Shown one piece after another: positions 48,106 through 59,001 of a stretch of 64,000 nt of DNA; positions within the stretch are counted from its first letter, which is position 1; each line of letters starts with the position of its first letter. The stretch is from an uncultured Rhodospirillaceae bacterium (GTDB lineage: Bacteria; Pseudomonadota; Alphaproteobacteria; SP197). Location: the NCBI GenBank assembly GCA_964530335.1, contig CAZGYG010000005.1:2255-66254 (forward strand). The letters are read 5' to 3'. Under the pieces are notes generated by a model, which saw only the letters and a list, made by a program, of their open reading frames with translations, was not told the origin of the DNA and made no database searches. Made by a program: the position numbers and the translations under genes.

Positions 48106-49128
48106 ATGAATGCGGGGCGCAACCGGCAGTTCGTTCTGGCCAGCCGGCCGGAGGGCATGGCGAGCGAGGCCAATTTCCGCCTGGTCGAGGGTCCCCTGCC
48201 GGTGGCCGGGCCGGGCGAGGCGCTGGTGCGCACGATCTACCTTTCGGTCGATCCCTACATGCGCGGGCGGATCGGCCACGGACCGTCCTACGCCCAGCCG
48301 GTTGCCATCGGCGGGCCGATGGTCGGCGGCACCGTCGGCCAGGTGGTCGCGTCGAACGATCGTGGCCTCGCCCCCGGCGATTTCGTCGAAGGCTACGGCG
48401 GCTGGCAGGACCATTGGGTCGCGCGCGGCGGGGCCTTGCGCAAGCTCGATCCCAGCGCCGCGCCGATCTCGACCGCCGTGGGCGTGCTCGGGATGCCCGG
48501 CATGACCGCGTACTTCGGGCTGCTCGACGTGGGGGCGCCGCGCCCCGGCGACACTGTGTTCGTGTCCGGCGCCGCCGGCGCGGTCGGCGCCACCGTCGGC
48601 CAGATCGCCAGGATCGCCGGCTGCACGGTGGCGGGCAGCGCGGGCGGCGCGGCCAAGGTCGCGTACCTGCGTGAACTCGGGTTCGACGCGGGCGTTGACT
48701 ACCGGGCGGAAAACGACCTCGGCGCCGCGCTGCGCCGCGCCTGCCCGAAGGGCATCGACGTCTACTTCGACAACGTCGGCGGCGCCATCACCGACGCGGT
48801 GATCGAGCAGATCAACGTCGGCGCCCGCGTCGTGATCTGCGGCCAGATCGCCGGCTACAACCAGCGCGGTAAGGAGACCGGGCCGCGTAACCTGTGGCAG
48901 CTCATCGTCAAGCGCGCGCGCATTCAGGGATTGCTGGTGTCCGACTTCACTCACCGCAAGGATGAGGCGCTCGCGCGGCTGGGCGAATGGGTCGGCGATG
49001 GGCGCATCCGCTACCGCGAGGACATCGTCGAGGGCCTGGAGAACGCGCCCAAGGCGTTCCTGCGCCTGTTCAGCGGCGCGAACCTGGGCAAGCAGCTCGT
49101 CCGCGTCAGCCCCGACCCGACGAGGTGA
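48106..49128 (+). CDS. NADP-dependent oxidoreductase (CurA/prostaglandin reductase-like, MDR family)
   Basis: LSVDPYMRG, LGMPGMTAYFG, SGAAGAVG, YFDNVGG, G.N.GK. Confidence 0.92.
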   Translation: MNAGRNRQFVLASRPEGMASEANFRLVEGPLPVAGPGEALVRTIYLSVDPYMRGRIGHGPSYAQPVAIGGPMVGGTVGQVVASNDRGLAPGDFVEGYGGWQDHWVARGGALRKLDPSAAPISTAVGVLGMPGMTAYFGLLDVGAPRPGDTVFVSGAAGAVGATVGQIARIAGCTVAGSAGGAAKVAYLRELGFDAGVDYRAENDLGAALRRACPKGIDVYFDNVGGAITDAVIEQINVGARVVICGQIAGYNQRGKETGPRNLWQLIVKRARIQGLLVSDFTHRKDEALARLGEWVGDGRIRYREDIVEGLENAPKAFLRLFSGANLGKQLVRVSPDPTR

Positions 49129-49209
49129 CCGGCGCGCAGCGCGCCATGCCGCGGGTCCAGTAGACCGCTATGAAACCCACCGACGGCGTCGGAGGCTTTC
49201 GATACTCTG

Positions 49210-49980
49210 CTAATGCCGCAGGATCTGGCTCAGGAACAGCTTGGTGCGGTCGGACTTGGGGTCGTTGAAGAACGCCTCGGGCTCGTTCTGCTCGATGATC
49301 TCGCCGCCGTCCATGAAGATCACCCGGTGGGCGACCTGGCGCGCGAACGCCATCTCGTGGCTGACGCAGATCATCGTCATGCCGGTCTCGGCCAGTTCGA
49401 CCATGACGTCGAGTACCTCCTTGATCATCTCCGGGTCGAGCGCCGAGGTCGGCTCGTCGAACAGCATGATCTTGGGGTTCATGCACAGCGCGCGGGCGAT
49501 TGCGACGCGCTGCTGCTGGCCGCCCGAGAGCTGGCCGGGGTACTTGGCCGCCTGCTCGGGGATGCGCACCCGCTCCAAGAGCTTCATCGCCGTCGCCTCG
49601 GCCTCGGCGCGCGGCGCCTTGCGCACCCACATGGGCGCGAGCGTCAGGTTCTGCAGCACCGTCAGGTGCGGGAACAGGTTGAACTGCTGGAACACCATGC
49701 CGACCTCGCGCCGGATCGCCTCGATGTTCTTGAGGTCGTCGGTGAGCTCGGTGCCCTCGACGATGATCTGGCCGCGCTGATGCTCCTCGAGCCGGTTGAT
49801 GCAGCGGATCATGGTCGACTTGCCCGATCCCGACGGCCCGCAGATCACGATGCGCTCGCCCCGGTAGACGCCCAGGTTGATGTCCTTCAGGGCGTGGAAC
49901 TGGCCGTACCACTTGTGCACGTTGACCATCTGGATCACGACATCGTCGGACGGCGCCGTCGGCGGATGGGTCCGGGCCAT
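49210..49980 (-). CDS. aapP: General L-amino acid ABC transporter ATP-binding protein
   Basis: [38 protein letters not shown]. Confidence 0.92.
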   Translation of the reverse strand: MARTHPPTAPSDDVVIQMVNVHKWYGQFHALKDINLGVYRGERIVICGPSGSGKSTMIRCINRLEEHQRGQIIVEGTELTDDLKNIEAIRREVGMVFQQFNLFPHLTVLQNLTLAPMWVRKAPRAEAEATAMKLLERVRIPEQAAKYPGQLSGGQQQRVAIARALCMNPKIMLFDEPTSALDPEMIKEVLDVMVELAETGMTMICVSHEMAFARQVAHRVIFMDGGEIIEQNEPEAFFNDPKSDRTKLFLSQILRH

Positions 49981-50000
49981 GGGCGGTCTCCTCGGTTGGC

Positions 50001-51119
50001 CTAGCGGCGTCGCTGCCCGGCCGACAGCCGGGATTCCAGGTAAATGCTGTAGCGCGACATGCCGAAGCAGAAGATCCAGAAGCACGCGCCGGCGAACACG
50101 TAGCCCTCGGTCGCCAGGCCCAGCCAGTGCGGGTCCGTGGTCGCGGCGTGGACGCGCCCCAGCAGGTCGAACAGGCCGATGATCGCCACCAGGGTGGTGT
50201 CCTTGAACAGCCCGATGAAGGTGTTGACGATGCCGGGAATCACCACCTTGAGCGCCTGGGGCAGGATGATCAGCCCCATGGTCTTCCAGTAGTTCAGGCC
50301 CAGCGCCGCCGCCGCCTCGTATTGGCCAAGCGGCATCGCCTGCAGGCCCCCGCGCACGACCTCGGCCATGTACGCGGCCGAGAACAGCGCGACCCCGATC
50401 AGCGCGCGCAGCAGCTTGTCGAAGCTGACGCCCTCGGGCAGGAACAGCGGCAGCATGACCGAGGCCATGAACAGCACCGAGATCAGCGGCACGCCGCGCC
50501 AGATCTCGATGAACCCGATGCACAGCACGCGGATGATCGGCATCTTGGACCGCCGGCCGAGCGCGAGCAGGATGCCGAGCGGCAGCGACGCGACGATGCC
50601 GATGACCGAGATCACCAGGGTCAGGCTGAGCCCGCCCCAGCGCGCGGTCTCGACCACGGGAAGCCCCAACACGCCGCCGACGAACAGGACGTAGGCGAGG
50701 ATCGGATAGACGGCGATCAGATAGAGCGTCGCCCACAGCTTGCCCGGCGCCCGCTCGACGAGCACCGGCACCGCGCCCGCGACCAGCAGCACGAACGCTA
50801 GGTTGATCCGCCAGGTCCCGTCGACCGGGTAGAAGCCGTAGATGAACTGCCAGAACTGGATCTTGACGAACACCCAGCAGGCGCCGCTGTTGGCCGCGCA
50901 GTCCTCCTTGGTCTCGCCGCTCAGCGTCGCGTCGAAGATCACCCAGTCGAGCAGCGGCGGCACGATGAGCCACAGCATGTAGACGCCGAGCAGCGTGAGC
51001 GCCGCGTTGCCCCACGACGAGAACAGGTTGGTCCTGAGCCAGCCGATCACGCCGGCCGACGTGACCGGCGGCGGCAGATCCGGGCGCCGTTCGCTGGTCA
51101 CCATTGCCGTGCCCGCCAT
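50001..51119 (-). CDS. aapM: General L-amino acid ABC transporter permease
   Basis: [36 protein letters not shown]. Confidence 0.92.
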   Translation of the reverse strand: MAGTAMVTSERRPDLPPPVTSAGVIGWLRTNLFSSWGNAALTLLGVYMLWLIVPPLLDWVIFDATLSGETKEDCAANSGACWVFVKIQFWQFIYGFYPVDGTWRINLAFVLLVAGAVPVLVERAPGKLWATLYLIAVYPILAYVLFVGGVLGLPVVETARWGGLSLTLVISVIGIVASLPLGILLALGRRSKMPIIRVLCIGFIEIWRGVPLISVLFMASVMLPLFLPEGVSFDKLLRALIGVALFSAAYMAEVVRGGLQAMPLGQYEAAAALGLNYWKTMGLIILPQALKVVIPGIVNTFIGLFKDTTLVAIIGLFDLLGRVHAATTDPHWLGLATEGYVFAGACFWIFCFGMSRYSIYLESRLSAGQRRR

Positions 51120-51122
51120 GGC

Positions 51123-52304
51123 TCAGCGCTCCACCAGGCGGACGCGCCGGTTGTACCAGTTCATGACCAGCGAGATCGTCAGGCTGATGGTCAGGTAGAT
51201 CGCCATGGTGATGACGATGACCTCGACCGCCTGGCCGGTCTGGTTCAGCACCGTTCCGGCGAACACGGAAACAAGGTCCGGGTACGCGATCGCCACGGCG
51301 AGCGAGGAGTTCTTGGTCAGGTTGAGGTACTGGCTGGTCAGCGGCGGGATGATCACGCGCAACGCCTGCGGCACGATGATGAGCCGGAGCGTCGGGCCCC
51401 GGCGGAGCCCCAGCGCGAACGCGGCCTCGGTCTGGCCGTGGCTCACCGCCTGGATGCCCGAACGCACGTTCTCGGCGATGAACGCCGCCGTGTAGGCCGA
51501 AAGCCCGACCAGCAGCGCCGTGAACTCCGGCTGCAGCACGATACCTCCGACGAAGTTGAAGCCCTTCAGCGCGGGGTCCTCGAAGCTGATCGGAGTTCCC
51601 GTGACCAGCAGCGCGAGCAGCGGCAATCCGACCACGAGGCCGAGGCCCGTCCAGCCGGTGGCGAACCGCTGGCCCGTCGCCTCGCGCCGGCGCCGCGCCC
51701 AGCGGGCGATCACGATCGTCGCGCCGATGCCGAACACGAGCGCGGCCTCGACCAGGCCGAAGCCATCCTCGGTGATCGGGCGCGGCAGGTAGAGGCCGCG
51801 GATGTTGAGGATCACCCCGGCGCCGAGCTCGAGGCTGTCGCGCGGATGCGGCATCGCCGCCAGGATCGCGAAGTACCAGAAAAAGAGCTGCAGCAGCAGC
51901 GGCACGTTGCGCACGATCTCGATGTAGAGCGAGGCGAGCCGCCCGATCAGCCAGTTGGGCGACAGGCGTGCGATACCGATGACGAAGCCGAGCACCGTCG
52001 CGACGACGACGCCGATCGCGGCCACCAGCAGCGTGTTGAGCAAGCCGACGACGAAGGCCCGGCCGTAGCTGGATTCCGGCGTGTACGGAATCAGGTGGAT
52101 CGAGATGTCGAAGCCCGCGGTCGTACCCAGGAACCCGAAGCCCGAGGCGATCTTCTGCTGTTGGAGGTTCGCCGCGGTATTGCCGATGATCATCGCGGCC
52201 AGGGCGAGCACGGCGAGGAGCACCACCGCCTGCACCACGATCGCGCGCACGCGCGGATCGTTCAGGACCGATCTCCTTGGCAAGGGAACCGACGCGACGC
52301 TCAT
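51123..52304 (-). CDS. aapQ: General L-amino acid ABC transporter permease
   Basis: [39 protein letters not shown]. Confidence 0.92.
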   Translation of the reverse strand: MSVASVPLPRRSVLNDPRVRAIVVQAVVLLAVLALAAMIIGNTAANLQQQKIASGFGFLGTTAGFDISIHLIPYTPESSYGRAFVVGLLNTLLVAAIGVVVATVLGFVIGIARLSPNWLIGRLASLYIEIVRNVPLLLQLFFWYFAILAAMPHPRDSLELGAGVILNIRGLYLPRPITEDGFGLVEAALVFGIGATIVIARWARRRREATGQRFATGWTGLGLVVGLPLLALLVTGTPISFEDPALKGFNFVGGIVLQPEFTALLVGLSAYTAAFIAENVRSGIQAVSHGQTEAAFALGLRRGPTLRLIIVPQALRVIIPPLTSQYLNLTKNSSLAVAIAYPDLVSVFAGTVLNQTGQAVEVIVITMAIYLTISLTISLVMNWYNRRVRLVER

Positions 52305-52411
52305 CGCCCGGGCTTCCCTTCGGCGCAGGGCACGCGGCGGCGAAGCGCGACGCGCCGGATCAAACCAGCGCGGCGCGCCAAGCCGTCAACTCCCGCAAGC
52401 GGACCGGCCGA

Positions 52412-53428
52412 CTAGCGGATCGGCGGGGCGTACTGCAAGCCGCCCTTGCTCCACTGCGCGTTCAGGCCACGAGCGATCGTCAGCGGCGTCGAGGCGCCGA
52501 GGTTGCGCTCGAATATCTCGCCGTAGTTGCCGACCGCCTTGATGGCGTTGAGCGCCCAATCGTTGCCCAGCCCCATCATGGCCCCGAACGCGCCTTCCGC
52601 GCCGAGCAGGCGCCGCACGTCGGGATTGTGGGATGTCGCCATGTCCGCGACGTTGGCCTGGGTGACGCCCAGCTCCTCGGCGGTAAGCAGCGCGAAGTGG
52701 GTCCACATCACGATGTTGAACCATTCGTCGTCGCCCTGACGCACGACCGGCCCGAGAGGCTCCTTCGAGATGATCTCGGGCAGCACGATGTGGTCGTCCG
52801 GAGCGGCGAGCTTGGTCCGCTCCGCGTAGAGACCCGAGGCGTCGGTCGTGTAGGCGTCGCAGCGGCCTTGGTCGTAGGCGGCCAAGGTCTCGTCGCTCTT
52901 CTCGAACACGACGGCGTTGAGCTCCATGCCGTTGGCGCGGAAGTAGTCGGCCAGGTTGAGCTCGGTCGTCGTGCCCGTCTGCACGCACACGGTCGCGCCG
53001 CTAAGCTCGAGCGCGCTCGAGATGCCCAGGCCCTTCTTCACCATGAAGCCCTGGCCGTCGTAGTAGCTGGCCCCGACGAAGTTGAGCCCGAGCGAGGTGT
53101 CGCGGCTCATGGTCCAGGTGGTGTTGCGCGCCAGCATGTCGACCTCGCCCGATTGCAGCGCGATGAAGCGCTCCTTGGCGGTCAACGGCGTGAACTTCAC
53201 CGCCGTGCCGTCGCCGAAGATCGCCGCGGCGACCGCCCGGCAGTAGTCGATGTCGAACCCGCTCCAGTTGCCCGATTCGTCGGGGCTGCCGAAGCCGGCC
53301 AAGCCGGTGTTGACACCGCACTGCAAGAAACCCTTGGCCTTGATGGCGTCGAGCGTCGGCCCGGCCGCGGCCTGGCCGGCGAGCCCGACCATCAGGGCCG
53401 CGGCGGCGATGAACGTCGTGTGCCTCAT
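52412..53428 (-). CDS. aapJ: General L-amino acid ABC transporter substrate-binding protein
   Basis: LQCGVN, RNTTWT, YYDGQGF, GTTTE, ISKEPLG, GNYGE, YAPP. Confidence 0.94.
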   Translation of the reverse strand: MRHTTFIAAAALMVGLAGQAAAGPTLDAIKAKGFLQCGVNTGLAGFGSPDESGNWSGFDIDYCRAVAAAIFGDGTAVKFTPLTAKERFIALQSGEVDMLARNTTWTMSRDTSLGLNFVGASYYDGQGFMVKKGLGISSALELSGATVCVQTGTTTELNLADYFRANGMELNAVVFEKSDETLAAYDQGRCDAYTTDASGLYAERTKLAAPDDHIVLPEIISKEPLGPVVRQGDDEWFNIVMWTHFALLTAEELGVTQANVADMATSHNPDVRRLLGAEGAFGAMMGLGNDWALNAIKAVGNYGEIFERNLGASTPLTIARGLNAQWSKGGLQYAPPIR

Positions 53429-53449
53429 GGTGCGTCTCCCCTCGTTGCG

Positions 53450-53479
53450 CGTCTTGTTACACGTCTTGTTGCACGTCTC
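53450..53479 (-). repeat. Tandem 12-bp C/A-rich repeats in the aapJ leader
   Basis: The mRNA strand reads TGCAACAAGACG-TGTAACAAGACG-CGCAACGAGGGGAGA just before the ATG. Confidence 0.7.
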
Positions 53480-53623
53480 TCTGATTGGGGCAAACCGCTC
53501 GGCCGCCCCAAGGCTGGGCCGATATTGGCTAAGCCAGGGAAGCGCGTCAAACGGAGACTTTTTTCACCGCGTTCGGCGCCGCTGCGCTAAGCCATGGGCC
53601 AGTGCCACCCGCGAGGAACGTCG

Positions 53624-54787
53624 ATGAAGCCCGATACCCTGCTCGTCCACGCCGGCCGTGATCCGCGCCGCCAGGGCGGTTGCGTCAACCCGCCCGTGCA
53701 CCACGCCTCGACCATAGTCTATCCGACCGTGGCGGAGCTGCTCGACAGCGCGCGCCATCCGTTCGATGGCGTCGTCTACGGCAGCTATGGCGTGCCCATC
53801 ACGTTCGCCCTCGAGCAGGCACTCGCGGCGCTCGACGGCGGCCACCGCGCGGTCGCGGTGCGCTCGGGCAAGGCGGCCGTCGTAACGGCGCTGCTCGCGC
53901 TCGTGCGCGGCGGCGACCACGTTCTGGTCACCGACAGCGCCTATGGCCCGACTCGCAACTTCTGCGCCGGCATGCTGGCCGGGCTCGGCGTTGCCACGAC
54001 GTTCTACGATCCCGGCATCGGCGCCGGCATCGCCGATCTCATCCGGCCCGAGACCAAGGCGGTGTTCGTCGAATCCCCGGGATCGCTGACCTTCGAGGTG
54101 CAGGACGTTCCGGCGATCGCCGCCGCCGCGCACGCCCGGGGCGCGGTCGTGGTCATGGACAACACCTGGGCCACGCCGCTCCACTTCCGGCCGTTCGACC
54201 ACGGCGTCGACGTGGCCCTGCAGGCCGCGACCAAATACATCGGCGGTCACTCCGACGTCATGGTCGGCGTTGTGACCACCACGGAACCCTTGCACGAGAG
54301 CGTGCGCAAGGCGGCGGTGACGCTCGGCGGCTGCCCGGGGCCGGACGACTGCTACCTGGCGCTGCGCGGGCTGCGCACGCTTGGAGTGCGTCTGGCCCGG
54401 CACGAGCGGACCGGGCTGGCGCTCGCCCGTTGGCTCGCGGCGCGGCCCGAGGTGCGCCGCGTTCTCCACCCGGCGCTGCCCGACGACCCGGGCCACGCGC
54501 TGTGGCGGCGCGATTTCTCGGGGTCCGGCGGGCTGTTCGGCATCGTGCTCGCGCCCTGCTCGCCCCAGGCCGTCGCCGCCATGCTCGAGGGCATGCGCCA
54601 CTTCGCCCTCGGCTATTCATGGGGCGGCTACGAAAGCCTGCTGATTCCGACGTTCCCGGAGAAAAATCGTACGGTGGTTCCGTGGAACCCGGGCGGGCCG
54701 ACGCTCCGGCTCTACGCCGGGCTCGAGGACCCGGACGACCTGATCGCCGATCTCGACGCGGGATTCGCGCGCCTCTCCGCCGTTTAG
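53624..54787 (+). CDS. metC: Cystathionine beta-lyase
   Basis: VNPPVHHAST, ESPGSLTFEVQD, DNTWATP, ATKYIGGHSD, GYSWGGYESL; divergent from aapJ. Confidence 0.92.
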   Translation: MKPDTLLVHAGRDPRRQGGCVNPPVHHASTIVYPTVAELLDSARHPFDGVVYGSYGVPITFALEQALAALDGGHRAVAVRSGKAAVVTALLALVRGGDHVLVTDSAYGPTRNFCAGMLAGLGVATTFYDPGIGAGIADLIRPETKAVFVESPGSLTFEVQDVPAIAAAAHARGAVVVMDNTWATPLHFRPFDHGVDVALQAATKYIGGHSDVMVGVVTTTEPLHESVRKAAVTLGGCPGPDDCYLALRGLRTLGVRLARHERTGLALARWLAARPEVRRVLHPALPDDPGHALWRRDFSGSGGLFGIVLAPCSPQAVAAMLEGMRHFALGYSWGGYESLLIPTFPEKNRTVVPWNPGGPTLRLYAGLEDPDDLIADLDAGFARLSAV

Positions 54788-54842
54788 CCGTTGCGCGGCG
54801 CGGGCCGATTGTATCGTGTGCGTGCCGGCCTATAATCGCGCC

Positions 54843-55589
54843 ATGAGCGACCGCGCACCGACCCGTGCCTCGAGCATCGCCTGCGTCGTCCTGGCGGTGG
54901 TCGTTGCCCTCGCCTTGGTCGCCGCTCCCGCCCGCGCCGAACAAAGGCAGGAGTTCGCCCAGGGCTACGAGCTCTACAAATCCGAGCTATATCGTGGCGC
55001 GGTTGCCCTGTTCGAGCGCGGCCTCGCGATCGAGCCCGACAACGGGCTGGCCCATTTTTACGCCGCCGAGTCCTACTACAAGCTCGGTGAGCTGCAACCC
55101 GCGCTTGACCATTACCGCGCGGCCGCCAGCTTCCTGCCGCCCGGCACCGAGGCGACCAAGACGAGCAACATGATCGTCGCCATCGAGGCGGAGTTCGGCG
55201 CGGCGGGCACGGCCGGCGAACTGCCCGAGCCGTCGGCCACCGCGACGACCGAGGAACCCGCCGCGACGACGACCAGCGGCCCCGCCGATTGGAGTGCCCT
55301 GACCGCCGACACTGGCGCGCTCAGCCAGGCCATATCGGACTATTACGAGGTGAACCAGCCTGCCCCCGAGGCGAAGGACAGCTCGATCATCAACGTGTTC
55401 TCGATCGCGCTCGACAGCACTTCGCGCGATCAGGCCGTCGTCAAGTTCCGCTGCGAGGTCAAGGCCTCGCACGGCAAGACCGGTATCTTCCGCGCCCGGG
55501 TCACGCTGCTGGCCGAGGGCGATTCGTACCGGGTAATCGAGTTTAACAAGGACGAACAGTTCGACATCGTCAAGGGGTTCGCCTACTAG
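54843..55589 (+). CDS. Exported TPR-containing protein
   Basis: Signal peptide (ARA-E), TPR helices (AVALFERGLAIEPDNGLAHFYAAESY), T/E/P/A linker and an unassigned C-terminal alpha/beta domain. Confidence 0.78.
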   Translation: MSDRAPTRASSIACVVLAVVVALALVAAPARAEQRQEFAQGYELYKSELYRGAVALFERGLAIEPDNGLAHFYAAESYYKLGELQPALDHYRAAASFLPPGTEATKTSNMIVAIEAEFGAAGTAGELPEPSATATTEEPAATTTSGPADWSALTADTGALSQAISDYYEVNQPAPEAKDSSIINVFSIALDSTSRDQAVVKFRCEVKASHGKTGIFRARVTLLAEGDSYRVIEFNKDEQFDIVKGFAY

Positions 55590-55746
55590 CAGGGTGCTGA
55601 AAAACCCCTGACGGTGTCATTGCGAGGAGGCCGAAGGCCGACGCGGCAATCCAGAATCGCGCGCAATTCCGCCATTGCCCTGGATCGCCACGCCGCCTGC
55701 GGCGGCTCGCGATGACGATGATGGGGGCTTTTCCGCAGCCTGCTAG
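55586..55746. mobile_element. MITE-like element with CTAG at both ends, terminal inverted repeats and an internal REP-like palindrome
   Basis: Left end CTAG-CAGGGTGCTGAAAAACCCC; right end (reverse complement) CTAG-CAGGCTGCGGAAAAGCCCC; inner gtcattgcgag...ccag/ctgg...ctcgcgatgac. Confidence 0.65.
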
Positions 55747-55763
55747 AACCCTCGCACCTGGCC

Positions 55764-56903
55764 CTATTCGTGCACCTGGATCGTCAGTTCCGCTCGCGCC
55801 TCGGGCGCGGCCGCGGCGATCCAGCCCACCACGGTCTCCAGCGGCTCGTTGAACGGGCGCGTGATGTCGGCGTCCGTGACCTCGACGGGCAGGCGCGCGC
55901 TCGGGTCCGCCGACCAGGCGAAGCACAACACGCGCTCGGTGCCCGGCGGTCCGCCCATGGTTAGCGTGAGGCCATCGCTCGGGCTGGGGATGCCATGGGT
56001 GGCGAACCCGGCGAGCCGTGGTCCGCCCGTGAAGCGGTTGGGGAACAGGGTCACGACGACGCCGTCGACCTGCTCGTAGACACACCGGGCGTAGGCGTCG
56101 CGGTTGGTCGCCAGGCGAAGTTCCAGCGCCTCGCCGACGGCAAGCTCGGGCGTTGGCCCGCGCACGGATTCGAGCGTCAACGAGAGTTCCGCCGGCGGCT
56201 CGACCATGCGCACGAGCAGCGCGCGCGCTTGCGCGCCGCAGCCCTGTTCGCCGAGCCAGCGCAACAGGTGCGCCGCGGTCGGGAAGATCGCGGGCACCCG
56301 GTGGACGATGATGTGCGCCAGGGACGCGCCGCCGTCGGGCACGAAGGCGTACTCGGCACCGTCGACGATCGGAATGTCATCGGGCCACGGCACGGCGCTG
56401 GCCGGCTCGGACCACGCGATAGGCACCTCGGCGCGCGAGGCCAGCGCGCGAAACCGGCCGGCGGCCGCCTTGTCGCGCCACAGGCCATCCGGGGCGGCGT
56501 CGACGCAGCGATCCCCCGATCCCGCCATGTCGATCGTCCACAGCCCATCGGGCCCATCCTCGCCGCCGCGCACGGCGCCGAACGCCTGGGTATCGACGTC
56601 GCCCTCGCCCATCATGGCGGCGAGGCCCGAGACCAGATCGCCCGTGCCGGCGGCCGCGCCGGGCACGGCGCCCTGGTACGGCCCGTCGAGGCGCGTCATC
56701 GAGCCGTCCTCGGCCAGCAGGGTCACCGCCGCGCCAGCCGCCACGGTCACGTCGCCGCCGCCCGCGACGACGGTGCCCGGCACATAGGCCGGGTCGGTCG
56801 ATTCGAGCACCAGCAGGTCGCCGGCCCGGGCCACGCCCGTGCAGATGAGGGCGACGGCGGCCACGACCGCACCCAGGGTGACGATGGCGTGGCGTGGGTT
56901 CAT
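55764..56903 (-). CDS. Exported protein with a C-terminal DUF4384-like domain
   Basis: Signal peptide (ARA-G); C-terminal VGEALEL...RDAY.....DG.V..LFPN...IP...PPGTE pattern; start overlaps the cyclase stop (ATGA). Confidence 0.75.
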   Translation of the reverse strand: MNPRHAIVTLGAVVAAVALICTGVARAGDLLVLESTDPAYVPGTVVAGGGDVTVAAGAAVTLLAEDGSMTRLDGPYQGAVPGAAAGTGDLVSGLAAMMGEGDVDTQAFGAVRGGEDGPDGLWTIDMAGSGDRCVDAAPDGLWRDKAAAGRFRALASRAEVPIAWSEPASAVPWPDDIPIVDGAEYAFVPDGGASLAHIIVHRVPAIFPTAAHLLRWLGEQGCGAQARALLVRMVEPPAELSLTLESVRGPTPELAVGEALELRLATNRDAYARCVYEQVDGVVVTLFPNRFTGGPRLAGFATHGIPSPSDGLTLTMGGPPGTERVLCFAWSADPSARLPVEVTDADITRPFNEPLETVVGWIAAAAPEARAELTIQVHE

Positions 56904-58885
56904 TTCTCCTCCAGCACGATCCGCACCCCCTTATCGCCCCGCCGCAGGCGTTTCAGGTGCAGCGCGACGACGGCATCGTCGGGCGCGGCGGCGGCGATGC
57001 GTTCGAACCGGGCGAGCGCGTCCGCTTCCCCGTGGCGCAGCGCCTGGTAGGCCGCGCGGTAATCGTCCAGGTCCGGCCGGCTTTCGATCGGCTCGAACAC
57101 CGCGATCGCCTCCTTGCGGCCCTTGACCACGACCTCGGCCACCGGCCGGAACGCCATTCCGGGGCAGTCTTCGGCCACCGCCCCGCTGACGCAAATCCGC
57201 GTGCCCAGCGCCTTGTTCGCCCCTTCGAGCCGCGATGCCGTGTTCACCGTATCCCCAAGCGCGGTGTAATTGAAGCGGTCGCGGCCGCCGAAGTTGCCGA
57301 CCGTGGCCACGCCGCCATGGACGCCGATGCGGGTGATGCCAAGGTTGACCCCCCTGGGCCTGATCTCGACGCGGAACCGCTCGGCGAAGGCGTCCATGGC
57401 CAAGGCGCACGCCACCGCGTTCCGGGCGTGGTCCTCCTGGCTGATTGGCGCCCCGAAGATCGCCACCACGGCATCGCCGATCAGCTTGTCGATGGTGCCG
57501 TTGTGGGCCACGACGACGCCGCACATGCCGTCGAAGTACTCGTTGAGCAGCCGGCCGAGTTCCTCCGCGTCCATGCCCTCGGACAGGGAGGTGAACCCGG
57601 CGATGTCGCTGAACAGGAACGTCACCTCGCGGCGCTCCCCGCCCAGCACGAGCCGATCCGGGTCGGCCTCGAGCTGGGCCACCAGCGCCGGCGAGACGAA
57701 ACGTGAGAAGGCCTGACGGATGAAGCGCTTCTTGCGGCGCGCGCGCCGGCCGACGAAGCCGACGCCGCCGGCGAAGGTTCCCAGGTAGCCGAGCAGCGGC
57801 GCGACCAGCGGCACGTCGGGCCCGCCGAGCCAGGTCGCACCGACACCCGCGCCGACCAGCAGGGCGATCACGCCGACGCCCGACGCCAGCCGCGCCGGCA
57901 GCGGCAGGCTGACGAGCGCCAGGCCGAGCCCCGCCGCGACCGCGACCAGGGCCACGGCGAACCGGCCAGCGAAGCCGAGCTCGGCCACGCTCCGCCCGTC
58001 GATGATCTGCGCCAGCATGTGGGCGTGCACGACCACGCCGGGGATCGCCCCCGCCGTGGCGCCGTAGACGATGGCCTTGGGCACCCGGATGCGGTCGGTG
58101 TCGCGGAAGTCGGCGCCGATCAGCGCGATGCGCCCGGCGATCCAGTCCTTCGGCAACAGGCCGACCGCCTCGATCGGAAAGATGCGGAACGGCGATTCGC
58201 CGACGGCGCCGCCGACCCGATAATCGAGCCGCGGCCGGCCCTCGGGCACCGCGTGGCCGAGCGCCGAGGCGAGCGCGGCGGCGAAGCCCAGGCGCGTGTC
58301 GCCGGCCACGTCGAGCGTCGTGGTCAGCCAACGCACCGTGCCGTCCTTGCCGTCGCGGATCACGTTGGGCCAACCACGCCCGAGGTTTTCGGTGAATGCG
58401 CGCAGGTACTGGGCGCCTTCCGTGCTGAGCCCGTGGCTCGCGTCGGCATAGGCGACGACCACGGGGCCGGGGAACCCGAGCAGCGCACGGCGCAGGCGCT
58501 CGTCCTTGTCCGGCTCGGTCGGGCGATCGATCAGGACGTCGAGCCCCACGGCGCGCGCACCGGACCGCCCAAGCGCCTCGACCGCGTCCGCCAGCAGGCC
58601 GCGGTCGATCGGCGACAGGTAAGGCAGGCCGGCGAGGGAGGTATCGCGGATGGCGATGATGACCACGTTATCGTCGAACGCCTCGCCGGTACCCGAAGCC
58701 GCCGGCCGCGCCAGGACCGTGGTGCGGATGTCCGCGTACCAGGTCTCGACCTGGCGCACGAACGGCACCCAGCCCTCGGTCGCCAGTACCGTCACCGCCA
58801 GCCCCAGCGCGCCGATCAGTACGGCCTCGGCCAGGTCCCGCACGTGCCGGCGTTTAATTTTTCGGGCGGGGGAAGCTGGGGGCAC
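56900..58885 (-). CDS. CHASE2-domain class III adenylyl cyclase
   Basis: CHASE2 motifs (VVIIAI, ARAVGLDVL, PGVVVHA) plus TM helices; catalytic FSDIAGFT, DKLIGDA, YTALGDTVNTASRLEG; start approximate. Confidence 0.92.
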   Translation of the reverse strand: MPPASPARKIKRRHVRDLAEAVLIGALGLAVTVLATEGWVPFVRQVETWYADIRTTVLARPAASGTGEAFDDNVVIIAIRDTSLAGLPYLSPIDRGLLADAVEALGRSGARAVGLDVLIDRPTEPDKDERLRRALLGFPGPVVVAYADASHGLSTEGAQYLRAFTENLGRGWPNVIRDGKDGTVRWLTTTLDVAGDTRLGFAAALASALGHAVPEGRPRLDYRVGGAVGESPFRIFPIEAVGLLPKDWIAGRIALIGADFRDTDRIRVPKAIVYGATAGAIPGVVVHAHMLAQIIDGRSVAELGFAGRFAVALVAVAAGLGLALVSLPLPARLASGVGVIALLVGAGVGATWLGGPDVPLVAPLLGYLGTFAGGVGFVGRRARRKKRFIRQAFSRFVSPALVAQLEADPDRLVLGGERREVTFLFSDIAGFTSLSEGMDAEELGRLLNEYFDGMCGVVVAHNGTIDKLIGDAVVAIFGAPISQEDHARNAVACALAMDAFAERFRVEIRPRGVNLGITRIGVHGGVATVGNFGGRDRFNYTALGDTVNTASRLEGANKALGTRICVSGAVAEDCPGMAFRPVAEVVVKGRKEAIAVFEPIESRPDLDDYRAAYQALRHGEADALARFERIAAAAPDDAVVALHLKRLRRGDKGVRIVLEEK

Positions 58886-59001
58886 GGGACAGCGATGTTG
58901 TGACGCGGGGCACTATGCACCGGGCCAGGGGCGGCGGCTACCGACCGCCCAGGGGCAATGCCGGGGGCGACGAGGAGGCGGATTTGCGCTATATTGCGAT
59001 A

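Noticed and set aside
49130-49209. Possible ncRNA between the convergent curA-like gene and aapP
   Set aside because: Only a simple hairpin (ccgacg/cgtcgg) is visible, which is adequately explained as a terminator-like structure
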